A stretch of 64,000 nucleotides of DNA from Azolla caroliniana (GCA_043228905.1 JBHGNT010000007.1:12772001-12836000); one strand, 5' to 3'; counted from the first letter of the stretch, positions 37,900 through 51,398 are shown. Program-made: numbers and translations. The notes: generated by a model not told the origin, from the sequence alone.

Positions 37900-40800
37900 G
37901 TTACGAGAGTTTACGTAGCCAAGGAGTAGCAACGGAGGAGGAGCGGCACGCCAGTGCAGGGCAGAGATTTGTGGCGTGAGCACTTCAACAGGAAATCCGG
38001 AGTAGCGGAGCAGGTGGTTTGAACCGTGTTAGTGAGCAACGGAAATGAAGCCGGAGCAAGTTTGAACCGCGCCAGTGCAGGGAGGAGGTCTGCAAACGTG
38101 GGGCACAAAAGCCTCTCTCTGCTCATTTCTGCAGACGACCCACAGTCGGTGTCCCCCCCCCCAAACAAAAAAAAAGAAGTCTAACTACTACCCCCCAAAC
38201 ACATTGGCAGACTTTGTCAATCATGGAAACTTCGAACATCCCACTATCGAACACATAGCACAAACATGCCCCTCGATCGATAACGGAAAAATGCAAGATA
38301 AAAACAACTCTAATAGTGGGGGCCCTGTTGAGATTATTTTCAATAACGAAGAGATGCTTTGACTTGAGCAAGAGATAGAGTGCCTTGAGCGAATAGCGGT
38401 CATATGCCGCATGATGGGATCACGACCAAACCGAGGATTGTTGCGAGATATGCTGCAAGCTAAATTTCATTCACAACTATGTGGTATAAAAGAAGTCCAA
38501 CTGCTTGGTAAAGGCTTCTATCAAATCATACTAGAGGACAAGGAGTCTGCAGTGAACCTCATAGCAATATCTCCCTGCTAGATCTGAAACACATGGTTGT
38601 TCACGCGTCAATGAACACATGGTTTTAACCTAGAGAAAGCCGCGCAATAGGATGATTCCATGAAAAAGGTAACAATGCTGTTTCCGGGATTATCCTTAGA
38701 ATATAACATGTTACTTCCTACTATTGGAAACTCCTTGGGTATGATGTTGGACGAGGAACTAACGTTAGCGGACAGGCTAAAGAAACACCGAGGCCCTCCC
38801 TCTATCCGCCTCTTGGTGCATGACATCAACAAACGTCCTTCCAAGATCCTCATTCTGGGGAAAAACGGAATACGGATTGAACAACGCATAGAAGTGATCG
38901 GCGCACTGGGACAATGTTTTGCATGCAAAAAGCTTGGTCATTTTAAAAAGAATTGCCCCACGAGACGCATTAAGGATCCCACCATGGAGACCTTGGAAGG
39001 TTGGGACACCATAGGAAATCAAAAGCCTCCCCCACCATGCCCCGATAAGGATGTGATTGGAATAAAACAGAATTCTGGTGCACCATGGAAGAAGAGGAAC
39101 CTCATCTCTACCACATCCACCTGCGGATTATCATAGACACCCAACTAACTCCAGGCTTCTTCTATTTCTATGAGAAGCACGAAGGGACTATTGAAGCTCA
39201 CCGGATAGCCCACAAACTCCACTCTTGGATTTGGAGCAACATTCCATCCCTGGAAATGACCAAATGTCTAAATGGTGAATGCTCCCCACTCATGACCTGT
39301 TGTGTAAAGCACCAAGAACATGGAACGTGCAAGGGCTCAGAAGTCGACTAGACCAGCAAAACAGATGGAAACTGAGAAGGGATCTTGAAGAATATTTATT
39401 AGGAAGTGTTGCTGGCAATCTCCCACCCCATTCCATGAGTATGAAGATTGTAACATGGAACGTGCAAGGGCTCAGAAGTGGACTAGACCAGCAAAATAGA
39501 CGGAAACTGAGAAGGGATCTTGAAGAATATTTATTAGGAAGTGTTGCTGACAGCATCATGTTGCAGGAACACTACCTCGATATCACGAAGTTAAAGGAAG
39601 TTGGAGACCTTCTACCAAGATCATGGCGAACAATTTGGGAGCCAACAATAGGGGAGGATGGAAATCATGGTGGTATTTGCACTTTGATTCGGGAACATCT
39701 AGCCCAAGGCTTAATACACTAGTGTTGAGAGACAAGCTCAACATCGGCCGGATTGGCTGAAGAAGCCGAGGACCGGATCGGTTGGGACCGATCGGTTAGG
39801 CCGGGTGCGTAAACCGGGAGGTCGTTAGGAAAGATATTCCGTGAGGAATATATTTTGGAGTTAGTGTAGGAGCTCTTAATGAGCTTTGAAGTACTGTCAG
39901 TCCTTCTAGGACTTGTATAAAAGTGTTCACTGAGCACGTCTTATGTATAGACAGAGTATTATTGTTGAATATAGTTCTTGTGTTCTCTCTCACTCTCTCT
40001 GTCTCTCCTGTGTATACTGCGTAAGCTCAAGCTCTCCATTAAACCTGAGTGTTCTTCCTTCTGTTCGGTCTTCATACCTGCTTCCGCATGCTACTTTCTA
40101 CATGGTATCAGAGCGCGAGGGTTGAGAACCTCTCTGCAGCCGACACAGCTTGACGAAGAAGAACAAGAAGAACGATGGATAGAGGCATGGTGAGCTCGAT
40201 TCCAACAGAGAAGCTCGACAGAACCAACTACGCATCTTGGTCCTACAAGATGCACCAGTACCTGCTCGGGCATGGCTACTGGAGTTATGTCGAAGGAGCT
40301 AATGTCGCGGCACCCGAATCGACACACAGAGACTTCCCGTCGTGGGAGCAATCGACGAGTAGGGTATTATACTGCTTCGCGTCGTGTGTGGGCGAACAAC
40401 TATTGAGCTATGTTCGGGATGCAAAGACGCCGAAGGGTGCGTGGGAAAATCTGAAGAAGATTTTCGCTGCGAGCACCACAGCTAGGAAGCTTCAGCTCCG
40501 ATAGGAGTTGAGCAACCTACGACAACGCGACTTGTCGGTGGCGGACTACACCTCGAAGATTAAGGATATCTGCGACTCCCTCGCCTCCATAGAGGTGAAC
40601 ATCGAGGAGAGTGAGATGGTCCAGATTTGTCTCAGAGGTTTGGCGTTGAAGTTCGGAGCGTTCTGAACGGCTGTGTACCCGGGAGAATACGCCGTCCTTT
40701 TCGGACTTACAGTCAATGCTCCTGGTAGAGGAGAACCACGCGGGTGCGTCTACAAGCACGCACACCGACAACAGAATGTTGTACACGGAGGGAGATAGGC

Positions 40801-43800
40801 CCCGTGGACGTGGAGGACGAGGCGAGTCAGCGCGCAATGGAGGCGGCCGACGAGATCAAGGAAGAAGGCACCGAAGTGATGCCAACAGCAACTCCGGACC
40901 CTCCGGAAACAGGGGGAGTCGAAGCGATGAGAACCGGCAAGGGAAGGCCATCGCCGAGTGATGATACTGTGGCAAGAAAGGCCACAGGGAAAGTGAGTGC
41001 TGGAAGAAGCGTGCCGATTCAGAGAGAACCTGTTTCGGAAATGGCTCCGGACACACCGACAAGGGAAATCGGCAGCGATCGCACTACGCCAAAGACTCCG
41101 GGAGAGTCGGAGAAGGGTCTGTCTTCGTGACGAGACACGAAGCAAACTCAATGAAACAGAGCACCCCGAGATCGGACGAGGTGTGGTACGTAGACTCCGG
41201 CGCGTCAAACCACATGACGAGCCATAAGGAGTGGTTCTCGTACCTTGAAAAACCGATACAACCTGGAGTAGTCGCAACTGGAGACGACACTCCGCATCCG
41301 ATCGCGAATGTCAGAGAAGTTCCCCTTAGCCATGTCGGGCAGAAAGGGAAACTCATGAACGTGCTCCATGTTCCGACAATCACGAAGAACTTGGTCTCGG
41401 TCGGACAGATCGTCGACCAAGGGATGGAGGTTCGGTTTACACACCTCGGGTGCTTCATTGAGGAAGAAGGCCGTGTGATTGCGCGAGGGCGTAGAGACGG
41501 GAGGATGTTCATCCTCGACTCCACTGACGGCGGCACCGCAATGTTCGCGAAGGGACAAAAATCCGAGTCGGACATCGACTTGTGGCACAAGCGGATAGGC
41601 CACGTCAACCACCAGTGGCTTCAAGATCTGCAATCGAAACAGGTAGTGTTCGAATTGCCCAAATTTAGTGGCCGAAAGGCACAAATTTGTGAAGCCTGCC
41701 AGCTCGGGAAGCAACACCGACTTCCTTTCCCAAACGAGCGAAATCGGAGCTGGAACAAGCTCCACCTTATACACTCTGATGTATGGGGGCCAGCACAAAA
41801 CGTTAGTCTTGGCGGGAGCCGATATTTCGTCTCCTTCATCGACGACCACACACGGCACACGTGGATCTACCTCATTGAGAGGAAGAGCGAAGTCTTCGAC
41901 TGTTTCCGGGGACCTCAAAGGGTTCGTGGAAACGGAAATGGGACGGAAGATCAAGTGCCTGCGGTCGGATGGCGGAAAAGAGTACTTTTCCAGTCAATTC
42001 AACGGTTATCTACAACAAATGGGAATTCGGCGCGAATTTAGTTGTAGATACACGCCGGAGCAAAATGGCGTGGCCGAGAGAAAGAATCGGTCAGTTGTGG
42101 AAGCGGCACGGGCAATGCTGGAGGAGAAGAGCTTGCCCAAGTTCTACTGGGCCGAGGCGATAAGGACCGTGGTATACATCCAGAACCGGATCGGAGACAA
42201 AGTGTCGGCGCACGAGCTATATTTCGGAACGAAGCCGAACTTGCGACACTTGAGGGTGTTTGGTAGCATTGCGTATGTGCATGTACCGAAGGAGAAAAGG
42301 AGGAAGCTGGACGCAAAGGCTGAGAAATGCAACTTGGTCGGTTACTCGGACGAACAGAAGGGTTATAAGTGCTATAACCCTCGCACCAAACAAGCGCGTG
42401 TCAACCGCGACGTTGTGTTTGACGAGTCCGCGTCCTGGTACCTACCCCCGACTCCGAACCCTGCCCCCAATCCGAGCTCTGACGATGAGGTCAGCGAGGC
42501 TGAGATGCCTTCGGATGAGCCCGAAATCGAGACCCGCAAAGAGAGTCCGATTTCACTCCGGTTAAGTGGACTGATTGGACGACTGAGTCGGTACGACTAG
42601 TCCGATGAAGAGCCGGTGAGTAGTGGAGACTCGGTCGTGCATTCCCCGTGCAGGAAGCCGAGGAGACGGCTTACGCGCAAAGAGAAAGGGAAGAAGAAGG
42701 TGTCGGATTCCGGCACGGATAGGAACGAGTCAGACTGACGCGAGTCCGACTTTGAGGGAACTGGTGACGGGTCTTTGAAGGTGAAGTTCGCGTCGACCGA
42801 GAAGGCCTCGACATCGGCTAATGTGAGATTACGCCGATCTACCCGCCAGAAGAATCCTGTTTTGTGGTTCGGATACAACGAGTACATGGCGCATCATTAT
42901 GCGTACATGACCCGTGTAGCGGAAGTGCGTGAGCCGGAGAGCTACGCAGAAGCGGCTAAAGACGCGACTTGGCGTGCCGCAATGGAAGAAGAGATGCACG
43001 CATTGGCGGAGAACGAGACCTGGGACCTGGTTGACGCACCAACAGGGGTAAAACCGATCGGGTGTAGGTGGGTGTACAAGGTCAAGTACAACACCGATGG
43101 CTCAATCAACCGGTACAAGGCTCGGCTAGTGGCAAAGGGCCACGCGTAGAAACACGGCATCGACTATGATGAGACGTTTGCGCCGGTCGCGAAAATGACG
43201 ACCGTCTGTGTTTTGCTCGCAGTAGCTGCGGCGAAGGGGTGGCACCTACATCAGATGGATGTAAAGAATGCGTTCCTGCAAGGTGACCTTGAGGAACAAG
43301 TGTACATGGTACAGCCTCCCGGATTTCACTCTGGAACGAACTCCTCGGCAGTATGCCGACTGAAGAAGTCCCTTTACGGACTGAAGCAAGCTCACGAAAA
43401 ACCCCGTTTTCCACGCACGGACCAAGCACATTGAGGTGCACTACCATTTCATCCGTGAGCGTGTCCTTTCCGGTGAAGTCGAACTTCAGTATGTTCCGAC
43501 GGCTCGACAGACTGCCAACATCTTCACTAAGCCTCTTGGTCTGGACAAGTTGCGGCAATTCTCCAGTGCGCTCGGATTGCGTCACCTCGACGTGCCAAAT
43601 TTGAGGGGGAGAACAATCCCGAACGACCAAATAAAGCAGCAGGAATGGAGCGGAGGCCGCGACACCGAGTCGGTTGACTCGGCTGTTGACTCGGTTGTCG
43701 AGTTCGACTTCGGATCGGCTGAAGAAGCCGAGGGGGGACCCGCGGAAAAGTCCGAAAGCAGACAAAAGGGGAGCAGCCGAAGGAGAGAGCCGAAGCCAAC

Positions 43801-46800
43801 CACATATGGGGAAGATGATGCCACCGAGGGCGAGAAGACCGAAGACGAGTTGGAGATAGCCAACTCGGACGAGAGCGAAAACCGATCGGGTGTAGCCGAG
43901 TCAGTTCGGATGTTTGATTCAGATACGCTGAATCAACCGAGGCCCAAGCGGAAGAAAAGGCAGCAGGAGAAGTGTCAACACTGCCACAATAGAAGAGCTG
44001 ATAAGGGCCACATGAGCAGACAAGCCAACCGGAAGGGTCGAAGCGCGCGGAGTCGAACAGGTCGAGGAGCGCGAGCGAGGCGTAAAGCCAGGAGGAACCG
44101 GAGCTGTGAGCCCGAAGATCCCGAAGAGCCTCAAGTTGAGCTTGAGGGGGAGTGTTGAGAGACAAGCTCAACATCGGCCGGATCGGCTGAAGAAGCCGAG
44201 GACCGGATCGGTTGGGACCGATCGGTTAGGCCGAGTGCGTAAACCGGGAGGTCGTTAGGAAAGATATTCCGTGAGGAATATATTTTGGAGTTAGTGTAGG
44301 AGCTCTTAATGAGCATTGAAGTACTGTCAGTCCTTCTAGGACTTGTATAAAAGTGTTCACTGAGCACGTCTTATGTATAGACAGAGTATTATTGTTGAAT
44401 ATAATAGTTCTTGTGTTCTCTCTCACTCTCTCTGTCTCTCTTGCGTATACTGCGTAAGCTCAAGCTCTCCATTACACCTGAGTGTTCTTCCTTCTGTTCG
44501 GTCTTCATACCTGCTTCCACACGCTACTTTCTACAACTAGGAATAACTTATACTTGGTAGGCCATCCAAGGGCAACGCTGGAATTTCATGAATATTTATG
44601 CTCCAAATAGCAGAATAGAAAGGGCAACATTCTGGGACCGCATCCGCCTACAAGTAGCGGGTGTGGAAGAGTGGTGCATTGGAGGGGATTTTAATATGAT
44701 TGAATCCATTCACGATAGCTCCAACAACAACCCCATGGTTCTACAAGGAAGGGAACGTAAACAATAGGAGAAGCTATGTGTACACCTTAACTTGCGAGAC
44801 ATCTGGCATTCTGACAACTTCCAACGAAAAAGGGATTCTCTCTTATTCTCCCAATCAGATGGGCGGAATAGTGGACCCACCCTATCTCGCATTGACCGCA
44901 TTTATGTGGGCAAGGCTCTAGAAGCGAAGGGAGGGTGGTGTCGCATAACTCCAGGCACGACTTTCTCTAACCATTACCCGATAGTTGGTCATTTATAGAG
45001 GTGAAGGAACAACTCTCCAACCAATGGTCATTACCCGTCAATGACTCATCAACATTTGACAAAATTCTAGCTAAATTAACAAGAGCTTCAACTCTCCTAC
45101 ATGAGATTGTCAAGACCAGAAGCAAGGATGCTCAGGAGAAGCGATTGAGGACAAAACAAGGACTAATAGCCTTGCAATGACTCCAATAGAGATAGCCGTC
45201 ATGTATTTGGATTGCAGGACAAGTCACCATGGCCAAACATGAACTCAACATGGCGGAAAAGGAAATATATGACATGGAGTTTCATGGAAATATGGCGCTA
45301 TGGATTCGAGTAGGGGACAAAACCACGAAGGAATTCTTCCGCTCCAAAGGCCTGAGGCACGCTAGAAAAGTGATGCGCAGCCTCAACCGAGAGGATGGAA
45401 CGATCACTGAGGATGGAGACAAAATGAGGAATATTGCCACAAGTTACTATAACCGCCTACTTACCAAAGATACTATGGCTACAAGGGAAGACATAAGAGA
45501 AGATATTATCCTCCAAAACATACCCGAGAAAGTCACGCCGGAAATGAATACATGGCTCGTGCGCCCCCTATCAATCATCAAGATATGGGAGGCCCTCTTT
45601 GATTTGGATGCCGATAGTTGCCCTGGAATCGACGGCCTCACCCCGCACTTTTTCACATGCCTTTGGGACACTATTTTAAAGAAGACCTCCTCAAGGCATA
45701 TCAGGAGATCATCACCTCTAGAAGCATGCTAGAGGAATTTGGACAGGGGATGATACATCTCATTCCTAAAAGTGGTGGGAGTGCCAACGACATTAGCAAG
45801 TGGCGGCCCATAACTCTTCTCAATACTGTCAATAAGTTGCTTGCAAAAATACCTCTTCTCATTTTGGGAAGCAATATCCCTTGCCAAGCATACTAACAAC
45901 AAGGTAGCGGTGGTGCTACTAAATTTTGAGAAAACATATGACAAGGTATGTTGGAACTTTCTAGAAAGTGTGATAGGGAAACTCGGCTTTGGCTTTCAAG
46001 AGACATGGATCAAAGGCATTGCAGGACTTTATAGGAACGACAACAGTTGCGTTTCACTAGCAGGTGAAAGGGGCCCCATCCTTATTTCTATTATATGCCG
46101 AAGCACTCTCTTGCTTTCTCAACTCGCAACATCTCAACCTATGGAGTCTTCCCATATCTCATTCTCACCAAATCATCATGGATATAGAATTTATAGATGA
46201 CACAACGGTCTACCTGCAAGGGGACTTGGAAAACCTCCAAAAGCTAGAAAGTGGGTTAGTCATATTTTGCAAGAGATCCAATGCCATGATCAATTGGCAC
46301 AAATCTTGCACAATATGGCTTTCTCATGAAACACATCCAACGTGGTACCCACATCCCGCTTTCAAATGGATCAATCAAGGAGTGAACACCAAATATTTGG
46401 GTTTCCAAATTGGTTTCAACATACCGCTGAAGACTATGATTGCACCCCTTATCCATTCCATTCGACAAAAGTTGATACATTGGAGTTCGAAAAAACTATC
46501 ACTAGCGGGTCGCATCATAGTGGCAAACTAGGTACTACTCACAACAACATGGTACAGTCTATCATGTTGGACAATCTCCAAGGAAAGTATACATCAGATT
46601 CAATGACTGGTCCACAACTACATTTGGTCTAGTAAGGAAGAGCATGTAACTTCCGCCAAGGTGGCATGGCCTATACTCACAACGCCTAAGTCGAGAGGGG
46701 GATTGGGTCTTATTGATCCCCTTTCACAATAAAAAAGCCTTACTTGCCAAATTTGTGGTGCGAGAACTCCAACTAGGAAATGACTGTTGGAAAATGCTTC

Positions 46801-48420
46801 TGTGGTTTACATTTTGCTTACTTTAGGCCACGAAAAGGGGTCAGTTGGGCCCCCCAAATGGGATGGATTCTAAACATGGATCTCAAACCTAGTTTCTCTC
46901 GCCAATTAAAGGATAGATTCAATGCATCCATGTGGAAGGCATGGTGTGACATTAGATGAGGGCTCAAGTGCGATCAACCGAGTTCCGAACCTGCCTGGCT
47001 CAGCCAACGTATCCTATGGAACCCATGTATCAAGGATGAATCTAATCAACTATTGGGATCACGTAAGGGGTTGTCATGGGGATACATTGCAGAAGGTTCA
47101 GGAAAAAGTATAGAATGTTGGTGACGGTTTATGTCACTACCACTACAAGATCAAGCCAACATACTTCATGGAATTAGGGGCGGATGGACTATGAGATCGG
47201 AAATCATTAACGCTCTACTGATTAGGGAAACTGCTACTCAAAGGATGACAATGGAGAAATGGATAGGCCACAAGGAGGAGGGATCTCTGATCCCGAGAGG
47301 TAGGGGAACACCAGACAGGATCGAAGGCTCTGAATTGCGAGACACTGAGACACCAACACAGAATAACGCAATTCGAGTACTCGCGTATACTGGTCATAAA
47401 TGGATTGTAGATCCTGATCCGATCAAAGTACAACTGGATTGACACATATGTACTCATGAAAACACATGGCTACGTAAGGTCAGTTGGAACCCTTTGCAAT
47501 GGACATGGCGTGATCCTTACGCGGGGCAAGGAAGCAAACCCATCCCTTTCTTCCAATTCACAACTAGATTGGGTCGCCACATTCTAGTTGCTCAAACCGC
47601 CCGAGAGCCGGCAGTTGCAAAGCTCTGGCACATATTTCAAGTTCCTCCCACAATTATCACCAAGTTTTGGCAGAAAATCTGGAAACAACAACACGCGAGG
47701 TGAATTACCACGTTCCAATGGCGATTAATACATAAGTCCCTACTGGTGGGAGCATGGCCACGTGGGAACCTTAGCTCTCCTAATTGTGTAGAGTGCCCAA
47801 ATGTAGTAGAATCAATACGACACGCTTTGTGGGACTGCCCAACGTTCCATCAAATATGGCGGGGGGTTGGCCGCTTGTTGCAATTATGCCAGGTGCAAGG
47901 CTCAATTAAGTGGGGAAATATATGTTGGCTATCATGGTAGACCCCAGTTGGCAGATATGAGCATCAAGAGGAGGGGATTAATTTGGTGATAAAAGCACAA
48001 GAGTTTTTTTTCTCCACCAGCGGCAATGTCCACTCAACTCCTCTTAATGACAAATCTCAAGTTGTGTTGGAATTGGTCAACCCAATAACTCTTTGGATTC
48101 TATGGAAACAACGGTGTAGACGGGTCTTCTCCAACCAAACCTCGCATCCAACAAGGTAACTGCAAGAGATATGGAGTGAAATTGTGGCCACTGTAAAGAG
48201 CCAATACGATGGCCTCAAGGGTGGCTCCGACGGAGTTGAAAGACAACGAATAGCCTTCATCCAACAATGGTCGTCCTCTCCCTTTCTTGAGTTAGTGGGC
48301 ATCCACATAAGATAGAACTATCGCGTCCCTACAGGGATTTGTACATAATCGTCTCATTTGTAAAATTTTATAACTAATGGAAGGAGTTTTTTTGGGGAAA
48401 AAAGAAAAAGAAAAAAAAAA
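37900..48420 (+). mobile_element. degenerate near full-length L1 LINE interrupted by Copia #4 (5' end approximate)
   Basis: ORF1 zinc knuckle CFACKKLGHFKKNC. ORF2 endonuclease MKIVTWNVQGL, NIYAPN, GGDFN, SRIDRIY. RT WRPITLLN, FEKTYD. C-terminal CVEC...ESIRHALWDC. A-rich tail at about 48397-48420. Confidence 0.9.
39723..44535 (+). mobile_element. Copia element #4 with both LTRs, internal RT deletion
   Basis: TSD ACTAG (39718-39722 and 44536-44540). LTRs 39723-40102 and 44153-44535 differ by 8 substitutions and a 3-bp indel by my count. PBS 40103-40114; PPT 44144-44152. Deletion at about 43392 joins LYGLKQA to [10 protein letters not shown]. Confidence 0.97.
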
Positions 48421-49591
48421 GACCTTATATTGTAATCAAACAAAACGCTCATAAATGTCTAAAGCATAGTATGAACCATATGTACTATATATGCATTCAC
48501 ATTCGAGTATGTTTTGATCATTTGATTATAGTAAACACCCTCCGAGTTATGTATTCATTATTTACCCTCGAAGGACCGAGAGGGCAAAGTAGTGGAGAGG
48601 CGTGGTGAAGGCGGATTGGTGGAGTTGTAGTGGTTCCATTCTATGGTACTACATATGGTGTAAACATCATATGGATATTCACGAATAATGCAGCAAACCA
48701 ATCATCATGCGATCCAACCCCACCCTACACATCAATCATAACAATAATAATAATATTAGTAGCAGTACAATACTATTGATAATAATGTTATGATTATTAT
48801 TAAAGAGATCACACTCGTCTTTTTAGGTAGATGTTTGCATGGCCACTAATTGCATCCTAATTACTAATTGTCCATACATACATACTCTAATAATTAGTAT
48901 CTACTTACCATTTGGAGGTGTCCTAATCAAGGGCAAGGTTTAATGGGTGCTAATTCTATTCAATTAGGCAATTCATCAAGGATTAATCCATGCCTCCATT
49001 AGAGTGGTGGAGGGACGAAAGGGAAAAAGCAGCGTGGAGGTGTGGCGAAGTGGGACCATGGAGGCATGATAAGGGTGGTGGCATGGTGAGGGTTGACGCT
49101 TTCGACGGTCTGTTACCCACTTGACCCTTTATGCCACGATTGAATCACCCAAAGTGAGCCAAAAAAGAAGAAGTAAAAGTCAAAAATAAAAAACATAAGC
49201 ATGTTTGGATAATACACGCATTTGTTTGCAAAAATACGAAAATGAATGCGTATATTACATTGTCATGAAGGATTCCAGCCATAAAGAGAAACAGAGCCAA
49301 GTGCGCATGAACGGGTGTGTACACCGATACACATGAATCAAGAACTATGTACAAACATAATGTAAATAGCATTGGACTGGTAAGTACTAGGTGGTAGGAA
49401 TTAGTGGGTACTTTTAAGGTCCCACACACATAGAGAGAATACGGGGGATTTGATGTGAAGAAATTAAAGGGGGGGATCTCTGGCACCGATCACGATGTAA
49501 CGGTCTCCCCTTGTGCTATAAAAGGGGAGGCTTGAACCTGCTTTATGGATTGACGATTAAGGAGAACGAAGTGTTGTTGGTTTGAGTGCCG

Positions 49592-49625
<34 letters not shown>

Positions 49626-49976
49626 GCAACTTGACGTGATGTGGAAGCAATATTGAAAATAAGGGAACGTGAGCTACACCGCCTAGAAGCCATGGATAGG
49701 GCACTCTCTACATTGGAACCACGGGTCACACCCACATCAAGACCCTTTGACCCCCCACTTCTGTTCGAGAGGCTTGGGTGGAAATAAAATTAGGCTTAGT
49801 GTATAGTCACTTTCGAGTATACTACGTATTGTACACTACTAGAACTCTTTTAGTTTAAGTTCTATTTTTTACTTAATTTTATTTTAGTTATGATGACGGG
49901 ATAAATACTCTTTTGTTGTAAACCAATTGTCTCATGGGCCAAATTTGGCCTTAGAAGACGTTAATATATCTTTCTT

Positions 49977-50014
<38 letters not shown>

Positions 50015-50219
50015 ACTGGTGTTCTAGACTGAAGGTGAAGTCTCTATTCGTGCAGGAAGCCCGAGAGCTCTTGACTAGAGGTTCATTTTTCCGTTTCTGA
50101 GTGTTTTGGAGAGCATGCAACTCTGACACCAGCCGAGTCCGGTTGTACCTTTCTCTTGCATCAATCTGTTACATTTCACTGTTTCTTGTTTGCTATTCTT
50201 TGTGTCGCATACGCGTCTC

Positions 50220-50267
<48 letters not shown>

Positions 50268-50557
50268 CTAATACATTTTTTGTTTACTAAAGGATTCTAT
50301 TAACGTTAACTATTTATTGAGTGATGCAGGCTGAATTGTTCATGAACTTCAAAGACCAACATCCTAACATCAATCTTGAAGTTCACAAGTTCCAAGGAAG
50401 CCCGAGAGCTCTTGACTAGAGGTTCATTTTTCCGTTTCTGAGTGTTTTGGAGAGCACGCAACTCTGACACCAGCCGAGTCCGGTTGTACCTTTCTCTTGC
50501 ATCAATCTGTTACATTTCACTGTTTCTTGTTTGCTATTCTTTGTGTCGCATACACGT

Positions 50558-51279
50558 TGTCGTAGTGTATTTCGTACACTACGTGAAAAAGTAAAAATAA
50601 TATAACCGATTTAATTACATATAAATAAATAAAATAAGAATATCAAAATATTTATCACGTGCATAGGGCAGGATTTGAACCTTGTACCTGCACGTAGCCA
50701 AACCTCAACTTTACCATTATGCTACCTTATCTTTAGTGTTCTATAAATAGATTTAATAACTATAAGTGCTTTATTTGCGCCTACCTTTATTAAAAGGTAA
50801 ATCATGTATTTTTAGAGTGCGTGAATATTTTATAGAAAAACGCAAGCAACTAAAAAGTGACTCATGCACATCTAGCGTGCATGAGCACTATATTTAGCAA
50901 ATAAAAGCAAGGATTAGAAAAGCATCACATGCACATTTAGTGTGCATGAACATATTAGAAAAAAGCATGTAGATATGCTTAGTCTCTCCCATCACTATAT
51001 AAGGATGGGGAGCACATTGTAGTTTTTGTTGATTATTTTTCTATAATGATCAATCAATCTAAAATATTCGTGGGATTCACGAATTTGCTAAAATAATTCT
51101 CTCTTACTACCTAAATATTGACTAAATATACTAAACTCGTGGGATTCATGAGATTCTTATCTTATAACTCTTTATACCTATTCTATACTAGCCTTATTTG
51201 TATTTTTCTTTCTCCTAGTCCAAAACCTCGGCGGTTCCCACCCGACTCACGCAACGATCCGGAGCCGAAAGGCACGACA
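50558..51279 (+). mobile_element. solo LTR of the Gypsy family at 1-6099, with 4-bp TSD ACGT
   Basis: TGTCGTAG...GGCACGACA termini. ACGT at 50554-50557 and 51280-51283. An empty site exists in the first duplicate copy. Confidence 0.95.
50661..50731 (-). ncRNA. tRNA-like Pol III unit within solo LTR
   Basis: A box TAGCATAATGGTA (50724-50712), B box GGTTCAAATCC (50681-50671), partial acceptor stem ATAAGG/CCCTAT, TTTT downstream. The anticodon stem does not pair. Confidence 0.6.
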
Positions 51280-51286
51280 ACGTCTC

Positions 51287-51336
<50 letters not shown>

Positions 51337-51398
51337 CTAATACATTTTTTGTTTACTAAAGGATTCTATTAACGTTAACTATTTATTGAGTGATGCAG

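Noticed and set aside
40700-44200. Many overlapping antisense ORFs in Copia #4 and the first Gypsy
   Set aside because: Expected shadow ORFs of GC-rich coding sequence.
49470-49760. Possible coding fragment upstream of the transposase
   Set aside because: No recognisable domain, interrupted by stops and a CT microsatellite, and could not be spliced convincingly.
49834-49844. CACTACTAGAA as a CACTA terminus
   Set aside because: No matching opposite terminus or CACTA transposase was seen.
50661-50731. Functional tRNA gene
   Set aside because: The D and anticodon stems do not pair. Kept only as a tRNA-like Pol III unit.
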